A stretch of DNA of 64,000 bases from Candidatus Woesearchaeota archaeon (GCA_038874655.1 JAVZBY010000003.1:57326-121325); one strand, 5' to 3'. Counted from the stretch's first letter, positions 1 to 11,900 are shown. The notes: generated by a model not told the origin, from the sequence alone. Program-made: numbers and translations.

Positions 1-50
1 TATATTCAATATGGAAAAATATATAAATTTATTTACTACAATAAACAATT

Positions 51-377
51 ATGAGAGGTAGACCTTCTTATTCTAAGATAAGAGAAAACATATCTGAGAT
101 TCTATTTTATATGGAAAAAGCTCATGGCTATGATATTTATAAAATCTATTGTGAAATCTTTCCCAAAGTAACACAAAGGTCTATATATTATAATTTAAAA
201 AAAGGTTATGAACTTAATGAATTTGAAATTGAGGTTAAAAAAGAGGAAGGTAATTACTCATGGGGCAACCTTGCTGAAAAAGTTTATTACAAATTAGGAA
301 AAAACGCTAAAGTTAGTCATAATGAATTAGTTGCCGATTATTTTTTTAAAAAAAATAAGGAATCTAATAAAACATAA
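51..377 (+). CDS. Putative winged-helix (PadR-like) DNA-binding protein
   Basis: HGYDIYK...SIYYNL...KVYYKL pattern resembles PadR-type wHTH; TATATAAA at 20-27 about 30 nt upstream of the ATG. Confidence 0.5.
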   Translation: MRGRPSYSKIRENISEILFYMEKAHGYDIYKIYCEIFPKVTQRSIYYNLKKGYELNEFEIEVKKEEGNYSWGNLAEKVYYKLGKNAKVSHNELVADYFFKKNKESNKT

Positions 378-416
378 TTTAATATATCTAATTAGATTAA
401 GATGTAATTATACAAA

Positions 417-1085
417 ATGGTAGAACAACAAATCATAGAATATATCAAATCATTAAAAGAAAAAGGTATTGATGATGAAACAATAAAAAATCATCTATTA
501 AAATACAATTATAGCCCTGATCTAATAAAAGAATGCTTTGATGAACTAAATAAACAATCCTTAAATATTGTTCTTCCTTCAATTACAAATAACAACAATT
601 TAACAAACAACAACAATTTGAATAACCAAAACATAAAAATTGAGAATAAAGAAAATAAAAAAAATAAAACTAATAAAAATTTATTAAGCCCTGTCCTAAT
701 TATTTTGGTTTTAATTACTTTAATAAGTGGAATATTTTTATTTAAAGATTTAATTTTAAACTTATTTGAAAATCCTAATTGCAAAGATGCTTCCATAAAA
801 ATATTTGAATCAAATAATAATGAAATTTTATGTTCATTTCCAGATAACTCTAAAGTTCAAATGATACTAGAAAATAATGGAAATAAAAAAATTGAAAAAA
901 TAGATATATTCTTAAACAACAACAAAGTTGATACATCAATTATAAATTTAATGCCTGATCAAGTTTTAACAAAAGTAATTGATAATAACCTAAAACAAGA
1001 TATAAATGGAATAAAAATAATTCCTTATTTAGAGAACAATATAAGATGTAAGGAACTCATAAAGAAAAACATTAAAAAATGCTAA
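417..1085 (+). CDS. Single-pass membrane protein (N-terminal helical domain, Asn-rich linker, extracellular Ig-like domain)
   Basis: Central hydrophobic stretch PVLIILVLITLISGIFLF; C-terminal ENNG motif. Confidence 0.55.
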   Translation: MVEQQIIEYIKSLKEKGIDDETIKNHLLKYNYSPDLIKECFDELNKQSLNIVLPSITNNNNLTNNNNLNNQNIKIENKENKKNKTNKNLLSPVLIILVLITLISGIFLFKDLILNLFENPNCKDASIKIFESNNNEILCSFPDNSKVQMILENNGNKKIEKIDIFLNNNKVDTSIINLMPDQVLTKVIDNNLKQDINGIKIIPYLENNIRCKELIKKNIKKC

Positions 1086-1139
1086 ACTTATTTTATATGT
1101 TTTTTATTTTTTATATCTTTTTTATATCCCTTTATTTTT

Positions 1140-1868
1140 TTATCTATTATTAATTAATTTTTTATTTAACTTTCTTAAAAAACCTATAACTGCAAAAGCT
1201 TCTCTTTTTGTAATCATTGATTTTTCAAAAATATTTTTCCAAACCTTTTTTTGTGTTTCTTTTTTTTCTTTTGTTGAAAAATCTATTATATCTAAAATTT
1301 TGTATAAATTATCGTATATAATCTCTTTTTCTTTTCTAGTTGCTAATTTTAAATGACTTGTTATTTTATTCTCCCCAATTTTTTTATAAATTTCGTAAAG
1401 GATTATGGCAACAGCATGACTTAAATTCATGGAAGGATATTTTTTTGATGTTTCTATAGTAATTACAAAATCACAAATCTCTAATTCATTATTTGTTAAA
1501 CCAATTCCTTCATTTCCAAATACAATCGCAATATTATTTTTTTTTGTATCATAAGACCTTAATTTTTTAGAAAAAAAATCACTTGATAATGGTATTCTTT
1601 TAATATTGTAGTCTGTTCCTAAAACAGAGGTTGTTCCTATAATTAAATCAAAATCATTTCTTAATTTAAAGTAATCCTCATAATTTATTTTTTTTGCTTT
1701 TTTTAAAATCTCTTTTGCATGCATGCTTTTTTTTAATGCATCATTATCTAAGAAATCACATAAAGGTTCAACTATGATTAAATTATCAAGATCAAAATTA
1801 GCCATTATCCTAGCTATAAAACCAATATTTCCTGATGTTTCTGGTTTTACTAAAATAACAGATATCAC
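1140..1868 (-). CDS. trmJ: TrmJ/TrmH-family SPOUT tRNA 2'-O-methyltransferase
   Basis: VILVKPETSGNIGFIARIMANF, FGNEGIGLTN and SMNLSHAV SPOUT motifs. Confidence 0.85.
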   Translation of the reverse strand: MISVILVKPETSGNIGFIARIMANFDLDNLIIVEPLCDFLDNDALKKSMHAKEILKKAKKINYEDYFKLRNDFDLIIGTTSVLGTDYNIKRIPLSSDFFSKKLRSYDTKKNNIAIVFGNEGIGLTNNELEICDFVITIETSKKYPSMNLSHAVAIILYEIYKKIGENKITSHLKLATRKEKEIIYDNLYKILDIIDFSTKEKKETQKKVWKNIFEKSMITKREAFAVIGFLRKLNKKLINNR

Positions 1869-1945
1869 ATTAAAGAAAAAAACAAATTATAATAAAAATC
1901 TTTTTGATAAAACTAATAGAAAATTTAAAAAAATAAAGAAATTTT

Positions 1946-2608
1946 TTAAATCTCCATAATCTTTACTTGGCAAAAAGTACATAATTTTTTAAATTTCTCA
2001 GCATCACTAACTTCACCAACTATTTTTCCATAATGCATTGGTATTGCAACTTTAGGCATTATTTTTCTAGCTGCTTCAACTGCCTCATTCACATTCATTA
2101 CATAAGTTCCTGAAACAGGTAAAAAAGCAACATCGCATGAAATTTCAGACATCTCTGGGATAAAATCACTATCTCCTGTATGATAAAATTTTATTCCATT
2201 TATAGTAAAAATAAAACCTAACCATTCATTTTGTCTAGGATGAAAGGGCTTATTTATATTATAAGAAGGAACAGCTTCTATAATAACATCTTTATAACTT
2301 AGTTTATCGTTTGGTTTCATTTTATTAAAATTTGCTTTTATAGTTTTTAATTTATCTGGCACATCATAAGGACAAAATATTTGTGTTTTCTCGGAAATTA
2401 TTTTTTTTAAATCTTTTTCTGAACAATGATCATAATGACTATGTGTTATTAAAACAATATCAGATTTATCTCTTAATTTTTCATCCTTAGCTTCAAAAGG
2501 ATCAATATACAAAAACAAACCATTATAATAAAATTTAAACCCATCATGTCCAAGCCATTCAACCTTCACATTATTGAAATCCAATATTTCCGCCATTTTT
2601 TCACCCAA
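1946..2608 (-). CDS. MBL-fold metallo-hydrolase (UlaG-like)
   Basis: WLGH, IDP, THSHYDH, YHTGD and IPMHYG motifs. Confidence 0.9.
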   Translation of the reverse strand: MGEKMAEILDFNNVKVEWLGHDGFKFYYNGLFLYIDPFEAKDEKLRDKSDIVLITHSHYDHCSEKDLKKIISEKTQIFCPYDVPDKLKTIKANFNKMKPNDKLSYKDVIIEAVPSYNINKPFHPRQNEWLGFIFTINGIKFYHTGDSDFIPEMSEISCDVAFLPVSGTYVMNVNEAVEAARKIMPKVAIPMHYGKIVGEVSDAEKFKKLCTFCQVKIMEI

Positions 2609-2702
2609 GTTATTAAAAATATAAAAGATTCATTTAAAAAATTAAAGCATAATAAAAACATAATTTATAAAACATACTAAAATTATTTTTTAATTTACAT
2701 AT

Positions 2703-3383
2703 CTAATTCATAATTAATTTTCTCAATTCTTTAATTTCTTTTTTTTTATCTCTTGAATTAAATATAGCACTACCTATTACAAAAATATTAGAGCCAGCTT
2801 CTTTTGCTAATTTTATTGTATCTTTATTAATACCTCCATCTATCTCTATATCTTTTTGAAATGTTAACTTTTCCCTTAATAATTTTACTTTATCTAATAC
2901 ATTAGGAATAAATTTTTGCCCACCAAAACCTGCATAAACACTCATTATTAAAACATAATCTATTTCATCTAACACATACTTTATTAAATCAATCTTTTTA
3001 TCAGGATTTAAAGCTAAACCAACTTTTACATCTAATTTTTTTATTTTTTGAATAGCTTCTTTTAATTTTTTAATTTCTTTTTTTGTATTATTCTTGTTAA
3101 ATAACTCAGGATGAAAACTTATCATTGAAATATTATTACAATTTTCTTTAAATACAGGTGCATACTTTAATGGATCTTCTATCATAAAATGAACATCTAA
3201 ACTTAATCTTGTTTTTATCCATTTAATAACTTCATAACCAAAGCTAATATTTGGAACTAAATGACCATCCATTACATCTATATGTAATAAATCTGAGTAG
3301 GTTTCAATTTCTTTTATTTCATTATTTAAACTTCCAAAATTAGCTGACAAAATAGATGGTGCAATTTTATAATTTATTTTCAT
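2703..3383 (-). CDS. rpe: Ribulose-phosphate 3-epimerase
   Basis: IAPSILS, HIDVMDGH, GFGGQKF and DGGIN motifs. Confidence 0.95.
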   Translation of the reverse strand: MKINYKIAPSILSANFGSLNNEIKEIETYSDLLHIDVMDGHLVPNISFGYEVIKWIKTRLSLDVHFMIEDPLKYAPVFKENCNNISMISFHPELFNKNNTKKEIKKLKEAIQKIKKLDVKVGLALNPDKKIDLIKYVLDEIDYVLIMSVYAGFGGQKFIPNVLDKVKLLREKLTFQKDIEIDGGINKDTIKLAKEAGSNIFVIGSAIFNSRDKKKEIKELRKLIMN

Positions 3384-3445
3384 TTTAAGTTAAGTATAAT
3401 TAAATTTTTCATAAATTTTTATTTATAAACTTAATTATTGTATCC

Positions 3446-3922
3446 TCATTTATATAAAATTTCTTCTAGTTCTTTAATTTTTTTTAATCTTCTTTTATGT
3501 CTTTCTTCATTACTAAATTCTGTATTAAGCCAAGCTAAAATAATTCTTTTTGCTAATTTCTCATTAACCCAATCCCCTGAAATTCCAATAACATTAGTAT
3601 CATTATGCAACCTAGAATGCTTTGCTGACTTAACATCAAAAACAGAAACTGCTCTTACATTCTTAAATTTATTAGCTGCTATTATCATTCCTGCTGAGCT
3701 TCTACAAAATAAAATTCCTTTTGCCCTATCTTTCCATTTTTTTGAATCATCATCTTCTTTTGAAACCATCTCTGCCACTAAAAAAGCGTAATCAGGATAA
3801 TCGTCATCTTTATCATATACTTTATTCCCTAAATCAACAAACAAGTATCCTTTTTTTTCTAAAAACTTTTTTATTTTTTCTTTTAATCTAAAACCACCAT
3901 GATCACTTCCTAAATATATCAT
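3446..3922 (-). CDS. rpiB: Ribose-5-phosphate isomerase B
   Basis: GSDHGG, DYPD, ANK, R.HND.N and RH.RR motifs; adjacent to rpe. Confidence 0.92.
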   Translation of the reverse strand: MIYLGSDHGGFRLKEKIKKFLEKKGYLFVDLGNKVYDKDDDYPDYAFLVAEMVSKEDDDSKKWKDRAKGILFCRSSAGMIIAANKFKNVRAVSVFDVKSAKHSRLHNDTNVIGISGDWVNEKLAKRIILAWLNTEFSNEERHKRRLKKIKELEEILYK

Positions 3923-4044
3923 ATAAAGTTATAATTAGTACTCTTTTTTATAAGTTTCTTTTTTATAAAAAAGTAATAAAAAGAGAAAAATGCCTACCTC
4001 TAAAAAATAAAATTAGATAAAAAAGTAGAAACTCTAAAAAAATA

Positions 4045-4464
4045 TTAAACCTTTTTAAAAACAACTGTTGTTATTCCATTATATTTTCCTAAGCTATAAT
4101 TACCTACATTACAATAAAATATTACTGATTTTGTTTCATTAGATTTTAAAATAAAATCATTGTCTGAAACAGTTATCATAGGACTTATATTTCCATCAAC
4201 TTTAATAGATACATAAACATCTTTATTATAATTATTTTGTAATGTTATTGCTCTTTTTCCTACATTTCCACTAGATATTTTATCAAAATACAACCCATCA
4301 GTGTTTAAATTTATACCTACAATAGCTTTATCAACTACTTCAACACTTAAAGGCAATTTTTTAACTTCAACTAAAACATTAAAATTATAATAAAGTAAAT
4401 ACGCAGATATAGCTAACAAAAAGATTATTAAAAAAGACATAAAAAAAATATAAATTTTTTTCAT
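4045..4464 (-). CDS. Membrane-anchored small Ig-like or minor pilin-like protein
   Basis: N-terminal TM; GINLNTDGLYFD ... GKYNGITTV pattern echoes neighbouring subunits. Confidence 0.5.
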   Translation of the reverse strand: MKKIYIFFMSFLIIFLLAISAYLLYYNFNVLVEVKKLPLSVEVVDKAIVGINLNTDGLYFDKISSGNVGKRAITLQNNYNKDVYVSIKVDGNISPMITVSDNDFILKSNETKSVIFYCNVGNYSLGKYNGITTVVFKKV

Positions 4465-4559
4465 AAATATAGAAAAAATAAGCTAGTTTTTAACCCTTTC
4501 TATTAAATTACAATAGATTAAAAATAAAAAAATAAATATCTCAAAGAAATTAAAAAGAA

Positions 4560-5999
4560 CTATTTATTTTTATTTAAATAATTAAACAATTTATCAACTT
4601 TAGCAGGATTCCAACCTTTTTTTATCAATTTCTCTTTGATTTCTTCATTACTAAACAATTTCTGTAGATCTCTAATTTTATTTAATGTTTCTTCATCAAA
4701 AAGCAAATCATCAAAATTAGACGAATTAACAAATGATTTTGAAATATTTTCTTTCTCTATTGATTTTGATTTAAAAATTGTATAAACTAAATATAAGGAT
4801 AATAAAACAAAAATTATCAATAGAAAAACTAAAACATTAACTAAAGTTATATTTGATATAATATTTGAAACAAATTTCTTCATACTAAATGTTCCTGGGA
4901 TTTCTTCAACAACATTTTTATTTATATTCTCATCTATAATAATAAAATCTTCCAAACTTGAAGTACTTCCTTCATAATTTAAAGTGATAACTATCTTATA
5001 TTTACCTTTATCAAAATTTCTTGCATCCAAATAAGATTCTAATGTTTTTTTTTCTAATCTCCCTAAATTGGTATCAAAACTTCTAAAATTAGTTAATTTT
5101 GTTTTTTTATCTTCGGTATAAACATCAACAATAGCATATATATTATTAATTTCCTTATTCCATTCGCTCTCTACTTCAATATCAAATTTATTAATACTTC
5201 TATATTCAATTAATTTTGTAAAATTTAAGATTTTAACATTTTTTTGTCCTATTCTAAAATAATATGTTTGATTGCTTATATTACCATCATAATTAAGATA
5301 TGCTATAGCATAATATTCTCCTGATAATAAACCATTTGCATCAAAAGAAGTTGTCAATGATTTTTCTTCCTTAGATTTCAAATTATATATTTCATTTGTT
5401 CTTAATTGTCTTATTTGTTGATTATCAATATTATAAACATAAATATCTGCATATGCTTTTTCTATTGTTGGCACACCGATATTTTTAACATTTATATTAA
5501 AATCTTGTTTATCATTTAAATTCATAGGTGGCAAACTAATAGTCCATTCAACTGCCTTCCATGGATATAAAACATAAATTAAATATCTTAATCCAACAAC
5601 AGGCCTAGCAACTAAACCACCATAAGTATCTTTTGCAATATCTCTTAAAAAAACAATAATTTCATTTTCACCTGGAGAATCTAAATTATTCGGCAAATTA
5701 ATTAAAACCTTAAATTTTCTTGTTTCTCCTGCAGGAACATCTTTAAAAGTATTAGGTTCTATAATAACATATTGTCTTAAATCAACTTTACTTTTAGATT
5801 CAACAAAAAACTCATAATCAGCCAAATAACCATCGTTTGCTATTAGTTCATAATCAAAAACATATTTTTTATTTGGTTCATAATCAAATCTCCTTAAAAA
5901 ATCACCACTATTTGAAGAAATCCCTAACCCATAAATAAAAAAACTAGTTACAATAAGATTCAAAATAAGAAAAAATAAAAAATAAATTTTTTTTTTCAT
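4560..5999 (-). CDS. Secreted multi-Ig-domain protein with C-terminal TM anchor
   Basis: Signal peptide; KNIG..IEKA and GEY/GKY Ig-like motifs; C-terminal TM; paralog of 7796..8962. Confidence 0.7.
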   Translation of the reverse strand: MKKKIYFLFFLILNLIVTSFFIYGLGISSNSGDFLRRFDYEPNKKYVFDYELIANDGYLADYEFFVESKSKVDLRQYVIIEPNTFKDVPAGETRKFKVLINLPNNLDSPGENEIIVFLRDIAKDTYGGLVARPVVGLRYLIYVLYPWKAVEWTISLPPMNLNDKQDFNINVKNIGVPTIEKAYADIYVYNIDNQQIRQLRTNEIYNLKSKEEKSLTTSFDANGLLSGEYYAIAYLNYDGNISNQTYYFRIGQKNVKILNFTKLIEYRSINKFDIEVESEWNKEINNIYAIVDVYTEDKKTKLTNFRSFDTNLGRLEKKTLESYLDARNFDKGKYKIVITLNYEGSTSSLEDFIIIDENINKNVVEEIPGTFSMKKFVSNIISNITLVNVLVFLLIIFVLLSLYLVYTIFKSKSIEKENISKSFVNSSNFDDLLFDEETLNKIRDLQKLFSNEEIKEKLIKKGWNPAKVDKLFNYLNKNK

Positions 6000-6051
6000 T
6001 TTTACATTAAAAGAGTTTAATTAAAAAATATAAAAATTAAAATTATAAAAA

Positions 6052-6708
6052 TTAAACTTGTGTTGTATAAAATTCTATTGTACTATTTTCATATGTTCCT
6101 GCAGGTAAATCTACTGGAATTAGTACATTAACATCAACAGCAATACTATCTTCTGTATCAGGATAATATTTTAATCGTTGACATAATGTAACATTCTCTG
6201 ATAATTCTACCCATGGCCAAGTATATAATCCTGTTGCACATGAATTTGCTTCATTCTCTCTTGCTACAACAGTCAAATTATAACCTAATGCACCATTATA
6301 ATTATTGAAAAAACTTTTTGCAGATGGTCCTCTTACTGAAACAGATACATTAACATTACCATTATTTTCTATTATAAAGCTTGTTGGTGTTGTATTTCCT
6401 GTCCAGCAATCAGTATTATCAATAAAAGTTAATCCTGCTGTTAGATTTGCAAATGTCTTTCCATTTAAATTAATTTCATCACAACTAGAATTTATAAAGC
6501 CTACTCCAAAATCTATTACAGAATTTAATAATGCTATACTAATAGAATTTTGCACACTTAAATTTATTCTACCCATTTCTGTTGCTTTTGCTGTCGGATA
6601 TGTGCTAATCGCAATTTTATTTAATTGATTCATCAATAAAAAAGTAGATGAAACAGAAAAAAAAATTGATAGCATTATAACAAATGCTAAAAACTTATTA
6701 CTAACCAT
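6052..6708 (-). CDS. Putative fibre/pilin-like subunit (paralog 2)
   Basis: N-terminal TM; GRINLSV, IDFG, ENNGNV and DVNVLIPVDLPAGTY motifs; strongly similar to 6729..7379. Confidence 0.65.
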   Translation of the reverse strand: MVSNKFLAFVIMLSIFFSVSSTFLLMNQLNKIAISTYPTAKATEMGRINLSVQNSISIALLNSVIDFGVGFINSSCDEINLNGKTFANLTAGLTFIDNTDCWTGNTTPTSFIIENNGNVNVSVSVRGPSAKSFFNNYNGALGYNLTVVARENEANSCATGLYTWPWVELSENVTLCQRLKYYPDTEDSIAVDVNVLIPVDLPAGTYENSTIEFYTTQV

Positions 6709-6728
6709 GTTTTCACCTATTAGTTTTA

Positions 6729-7379
6729 TTAAACTTGCACAGCATAAAATTCAATAGTGCTATTTTCATAAGTTCCTGCTGGTAAATCAACTGGAATTAA
6801 TACATTAACATCTATTGCAATACTATCTTGTGAGTCTGGATAATATTTTAAACGAGTGCAAAATGATGCATTATTATTTAATTGCACATAACTTGATTGT
6901 AATGTGCCTGCACATGAATTTGCTTCATAATTCCTTGCCAATGCTGTTAAATTATATGTGAAAGAACCATTATACATACCAAAAAATGCTCTTGGATCTG
7001 GTCCTCTTATTGAAACAGATACATTAACATTACCATTATTCTCTACTATTATACTTGTTGGTGTTTTGTTGCCTGTCCAACAATCACTTGTATCAATAAA
7101 AGCTGCGCCTGCTGTCAAATTTGCTGCTGTCTTGCTATTTGATAAAATCTCTGAACAACTAACATTAACAAAACCTGTGCCAAAATCAACTGTTGCATTA
7201 TAAAGTATTATACTAATTGAATTCTGAACTGATAAATTTACTTTTCCAGGAACATTTTGTGCTTGGCCAGTAATCCCAAAAGGATTTAATTTATTTAATG
7301 AATAAATTGTTACTCCCAAAGAAACAACAATTGACATAACCAAAAAAAGTGCTAATGTTCTATTTGAAATATCATCCAT
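6729..7379 (-). CDS. Putative fibre/pilin-like subunit (paralog 1)
   Basis: TM followed by ITGQA, GKVNLSV, VDFG, ENNGNV and IPVDLPAGTY. Confidence 0.65.
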   Translation of the reverse strand: MDDISNRTLALFLVMSIVVSLGVTIYSLNKLNPFGITGQAQNVPGKVNLSVQNSISIILYNATVDFGTGFVNVSCSEILSNSKTAANLTAGAAFIDTSDCWTGNKTPTSIIVENNGNVNVSVSIRGPDPRAFFGMYNGSFTYNLTALARNYEANSCAGTLQSSYVQLNNNASFCTRLKYYPDSQDSIAIDVNVLIPVDLPAGTYENSTIEFYAVQV

Positions 7380-7390
7380 TTTTTTACCTC

Positions 7391-7642
7391 CTATTCTTCC
7401 TTTAAAACTTGGAATATTATTTTACCTGTTGTTTTAATTCCACTTGGTGCATTTGGATCAATAACTTGTAAAGAAATTTTCGCATTCTGACTACTTGTGC
7501 CTTGCTGTACTGGCGCATTATTCAATCTGTTAATCTCTGTCAATACAGTAAAAGTACCAAGAATTGATATAACAACTGCCAAAACAACTAATATCACAAC
7601 TATGCTTTTTGGCAAATCTTCTTTTTCATCCATAAACCCCAC
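7391..7642 (-). CDS. Small membrane protein carrying two pilin-like beta-strand motifs
   Basis: TM helix followed by NAKISLQV and TGKIIFQV. Confidence 0.55.
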   Translation of the reverse strand: MGFMDEKEDLPKSIVVILVVLAVVISILGTFTVLTEINRLNNAPVQQGTSSQNAKISLQVIDPNAPSGIKTTGKIIFQVLKEE

Positions 7643-7795
7643 CCATTACAAAGTAATAACAAATAATTAAATTATATTTAACAAATTTTTTTTATTATTA
7701 ACTAATATATAAACTTTACTCTTTTTAAATACTAAAAAAAAAAGTAAGATATAAAATACTAAATCTACTTAATTTCTCCTAAATCTAAAAATTTA

Positions 7796-8962
7796 TTAGT
7801 TATTTCTCTTTTTAAGAATAAAAATAATCAAAATTATATTCAATAAAATTAAAATTATAACACCTATAATTAAAATATTTAATTGAAATTTATTTCCTTG
7901 TCCAATAACTTTTGCACTCACATAATTTTTAAAATTCACCGAATCTGGTGATACATAAGCAGTATAAGTTTTTTCAGAAATTTTATCTTCATAAATAACC
8001 TTTGTAGAGAGCTCATATTCACCTATAGTTAAACCTTCTGTATTCCAATACGCATTCATAATTGAAGTTGATTTTTCATTAATACTAACAGGAATTGCAT
8101 TAAAAGTTGAAATTAATTTATTATCTTTAAAAACATCAACTTTTCCTTCTGCCTTAATTTGCTTGTTCCATTTATTTCTTAAATAGATATCTAGTTTTGC
8201 AATTTGACCTATTTTAAAATTATTTATTTCTATTTTTTCAATTTCAACTTCTAAATTTCCAACATCAAATTTTTGATAGAATTCTAAAATCTTAGAATCA
8301 TATTCTAATGTTGCTTCTAAAACATAGCTTCCAGAATGTTCAGTTTGCCAGGTTAAAATAAAACTTTCTTCTTTATTCGACTCTATTGACTTTGATTCTG
8401 ATGTTGCTTTATATAATTCTTCATTTGTTGGACCCTTAATTACTAAATTAATTTTTGCATTTTCTATTTTTTCCTTTCCAAAATTTTTTATTGCAAATGT
8501 AAAAATAATAGGCTCATTAACTTTTGTATTTGTTATAAATAAATTACCCTCTGCATATTTTCCAGGATAGGGTACATTAACTATTATTTTATGCATTACT
8601 GCAGGAGCTGCCATTATAACATCATTTTGCATTTCTCTAGGTAATTCCAAAACAATTAAAGAACATGATCTTTCACCTGGAGGTAATTCATTTGGTAGTT
8701 GAATCTTATAATTAATCCATGTTTCTTTATTTTCAATAATCATCGTTTCTTTATCAAGTGAAATATATTTTGCTAATTCTCCTTCTTTCGAAATTATTAT
8801 TTTAGTAGGTGTATCATCAACAACTACTCTAAAAGCCCCTTCTTGTTGAAATTGATTAAAATCAAACTTATTTTTAGCAGGAGCTATTCCTAATCCAAAG
8901 ATCATATTTATATTTACTAAAAACATAATTAACATAATAAATTTTAAAAATATTTTTCTCAT
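7796..8962 (-). CDS. Secreted multi-Ig-domain protein with C-terminal TM anchor
   Basis: Signal peptide then LGIAPAK; VPYPGKY and KNFG motifs; C-terminal TM with basic tail; start overlaps the stop of the giant ORF. Confidence 0.7.
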   Translation of the reverse strand: MRKIFLKFIMLIMFLVNINMIFGLGIAPAKNKFDFNQFQQEGAFRVVVDDTPTKIIISKEGELAKYISLDKETMIIENKETWINYKIQLPNELPPGERSCSLIVLELPREMQNDVIMAAPAVMHKIIVNVPYPGKYAEGNLFITNTKVNEPIIFTFAIKNFGKEKIENAKINLVIKGPTNEELYKATSESKSIESNKEESFILTWQTEHSGSYVLEATLEYDSKILEFYQKFDVGNLEVEIEKIEINNFKIGQIAKLDIYLRNKWNKQIKAEGKVDVFKDNKLISTFNAIPVSINEKSTSIMNAYWNTEGLTIGEYELSTKVIYEDKISEKTYTAYVSPDSVNFKNYVSAKVIGQGNKFQLNILIIGVIILILLNIILIIFILKKRNN

Positions 8963-11900
8963 GCCTGCTCACCCACTATATAAATTGTTACATATTTTGG
9001 GCCGCCAGGCTCATACATCGGAACTGTTATATTAATATCAATTTGTGCAGTATCATGTTCATCACTATAATTTAAATTTCTTAATAATGTGGAATTTGAA
9101 ATTGATATATCTGTCATATTTGCCCATTCTGTTTGTGAATTTGCATAATCAAAAGAAGGCATTTCACTAGTATTATCTGCTTTATATCTAAAATAAATTG
9201 TATTTAAAGGCGCCATTATAAATGGTGATTGATTAGCACCAATTCTTGTAATATTAACAACAATATTACCATTATTCTCTATTATTAGAGGTGGATAACC
9301 ATTATCAGTATCTTTTGATTCTAAAATATTCATTATTCCAAAATCAATTGAATTAACAGTTAAATTTATACTTAAAAAAGATTCAATTGTAAAGTTCCAT
9401 GCTAGACTCCATAGACTATAATTAAAACCATCATATGCCCGAACACTCCAATTAATTAGTCTATCAACACAAAAATCATAATTTGGTTGATAACTTGTAT
9501 CAGAAACATTAATACTAACATCTGGACCACATTCGAAAGTAGAGGAAAAACTAATATTTATTGTATAATTTATATCATCATAATCTAAATCTGAGCTATT
9601 AAACAGAAATAAAGGTTTTCTTTCATGTATAGTATGATTATTGTTTGTTGGGGTTATTAATATTGGAATAGTTGGTGGACTATTAACAATTGTTGTTTTT
9701 GTTGAATTATAATTACTTGAATCAATACCATCGTATGCTTTTATAGTGCAGTTCCATATTTCATTCTTTTTTGTATTAGAACTGGCTATAAATGATATTA
9801 AAGTATTTGTGTTATTATTCACACTAACATTTCCTGATGAAAATAAATTAGTTCCATTATACCAAAAATATTCAACTCTTAAAGAGGTGTTTAAATCATC
9901 AACGATAGTTGCATAACAATTTAAATTTGATGTGGTATTTGGCTCATTAGGTAAAATTTGTATGTTTGAAACTCTTGGAGGGGAATTTAAATTAATTCTT
10001 ACCTTTGTACTATTTTTAGTAATTCCATCTTGATAACCATCATTAGGTGTTACTGAGCAAATTAGTTCATCGTTTAAATTAAACGCATATCTTAATAATT
10101 CATTATTAGTTCTATTTAATATACCATAATTATATTCATTTAGAATTTCTTCATCAGATAAAATATAATTATATATTTTGATTTCATCTATAAACCCATT
10201 ATAAGGTGCTTTTCCTGTATTATGTAAAGCCCAATTTGACAAACCACTAGATGCACCAATAACTAAATTTAAAATTGAGTTTGAAATATTACTATTCACT
10301 TGAGAAGAATTTTTATTCATACCATTAACATATAATTTAAAAATATCTCTATTTAAAGTTAATAACAAATGTGTCCAATTATTTTGTTTTATCGTCTCAT
10401 TACTAATCACTTCATTTCCAAACTTTCTAATAATTAATGCTGAATCTGTTGTGTTTATTGAATATCTACCACCTAATATTAAATTTTCCCTGGAATCAAA
10501 GGTACCTACTTGAAAAACATCCTTATAATTAGATAAATCTAAAGTAAAATTATAAACCTGTGAACCTGTTTTATTCAATTTAAATACAAAAATAACATTA
10601 TTTGTTGAATTTAACCAATAAAAACCTAGGCCATAAATATCATTATTTGAATCAATTAAAATTTTCTGTATGCTATCATTAAATGGTGTTGGATTTAAAA
10701 TATAATTCCATAAGTTATTACCATTTTTATCAAACTTCATCACATTAATATAGCTATCTATTGGTTGATTTGCGATTCCTGCAATTATTAAATTATCTTC
10801 ACTATCTACCTTCATATCTTGAAGTGTATCATTATATATTGTTGGGTTTGTAGTAATATTGAAAAGATTCACTCCTGTAGGTGAAAATTTCACTATTCTA
10901 TACTGAAAATTACCTAAAAGTTGATCATATCCTCCTATATAATACGAACCATCTAATGCCTTAACAATAATATTAGCAGAATCAATTCCTGAACTAATTT
11001 GAGGAGTATAATTCCACAAATTTACACCATTTTCATTAAAAGCTGAAACAAACCAATCATAAACAGTTGTTGCTTTAATCCCCACTGCAATTATCAATGT
11101 ATCATTATAAACTAAAACATCATTATAAAGATCTGTTCCTGATGTCGGATTAAATGTTCTATTCCATAAATAAGTTCCTGTAGAATTATATTTAACTAAA
11201 TAATGACTATGCCCTACTACTGAATCATATATATATCCTGCTACATAAATGTTATTTCTTGAATCTACATCTACACCTAAATATCTATCATGACCTAAAT
11301 TTGGATAAGTATAATTAAAAAGTAAAGTTCCATTTGGTGAAAATTTCATAATTATTTGATCAATAGAATAAGGGTTATTATTACCTGCTCCAACAGCTAT
11401 AAAATTATCTTCATTATCAACTATTAAATCTGTTAAATATTCATAATATGTATCATCATTTAAATCATTTAAAAAGTAATTTTTTCTAAATTCATATAAA
11501 GTTTTGTTTTTATTATTTTCATTTAAAGAAACTCCTGGATAACCATTAAGTAAAAATATTGAATATATTCCATTACTCAGAATATTATCTATTACATCAA
11601 ACCTTGTAGGCTTTATCCATAATGAAATAGAGATATTATTACTTTTTAGTAAATTTGTATTATTAACATAAATAAAATTAGTGCCATTAAAATTATATCC
11701 TCCAAATACCTTACCAAATTTTCTTGACCAATTTAAATTATTTGAAAAATTTATACTAGTATTATAGCCACTGTAATCTTTTGTAAAAGTATTATTACTT
11801 CCTCCTTCAAACGGCAAATACAACAAATAAATACTTTGATTATTTTTATACCAAGTAGTTATATTTACAACTTGATCTCCATCTGCATCAAAAACATTAT

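Noticed and set aside
6052-7379. Subunit paralog pair as DGR template and variable repeat
   Set aside because: No reverse transcriptase; both are full-length ORFs and differences do not look adenine-specific
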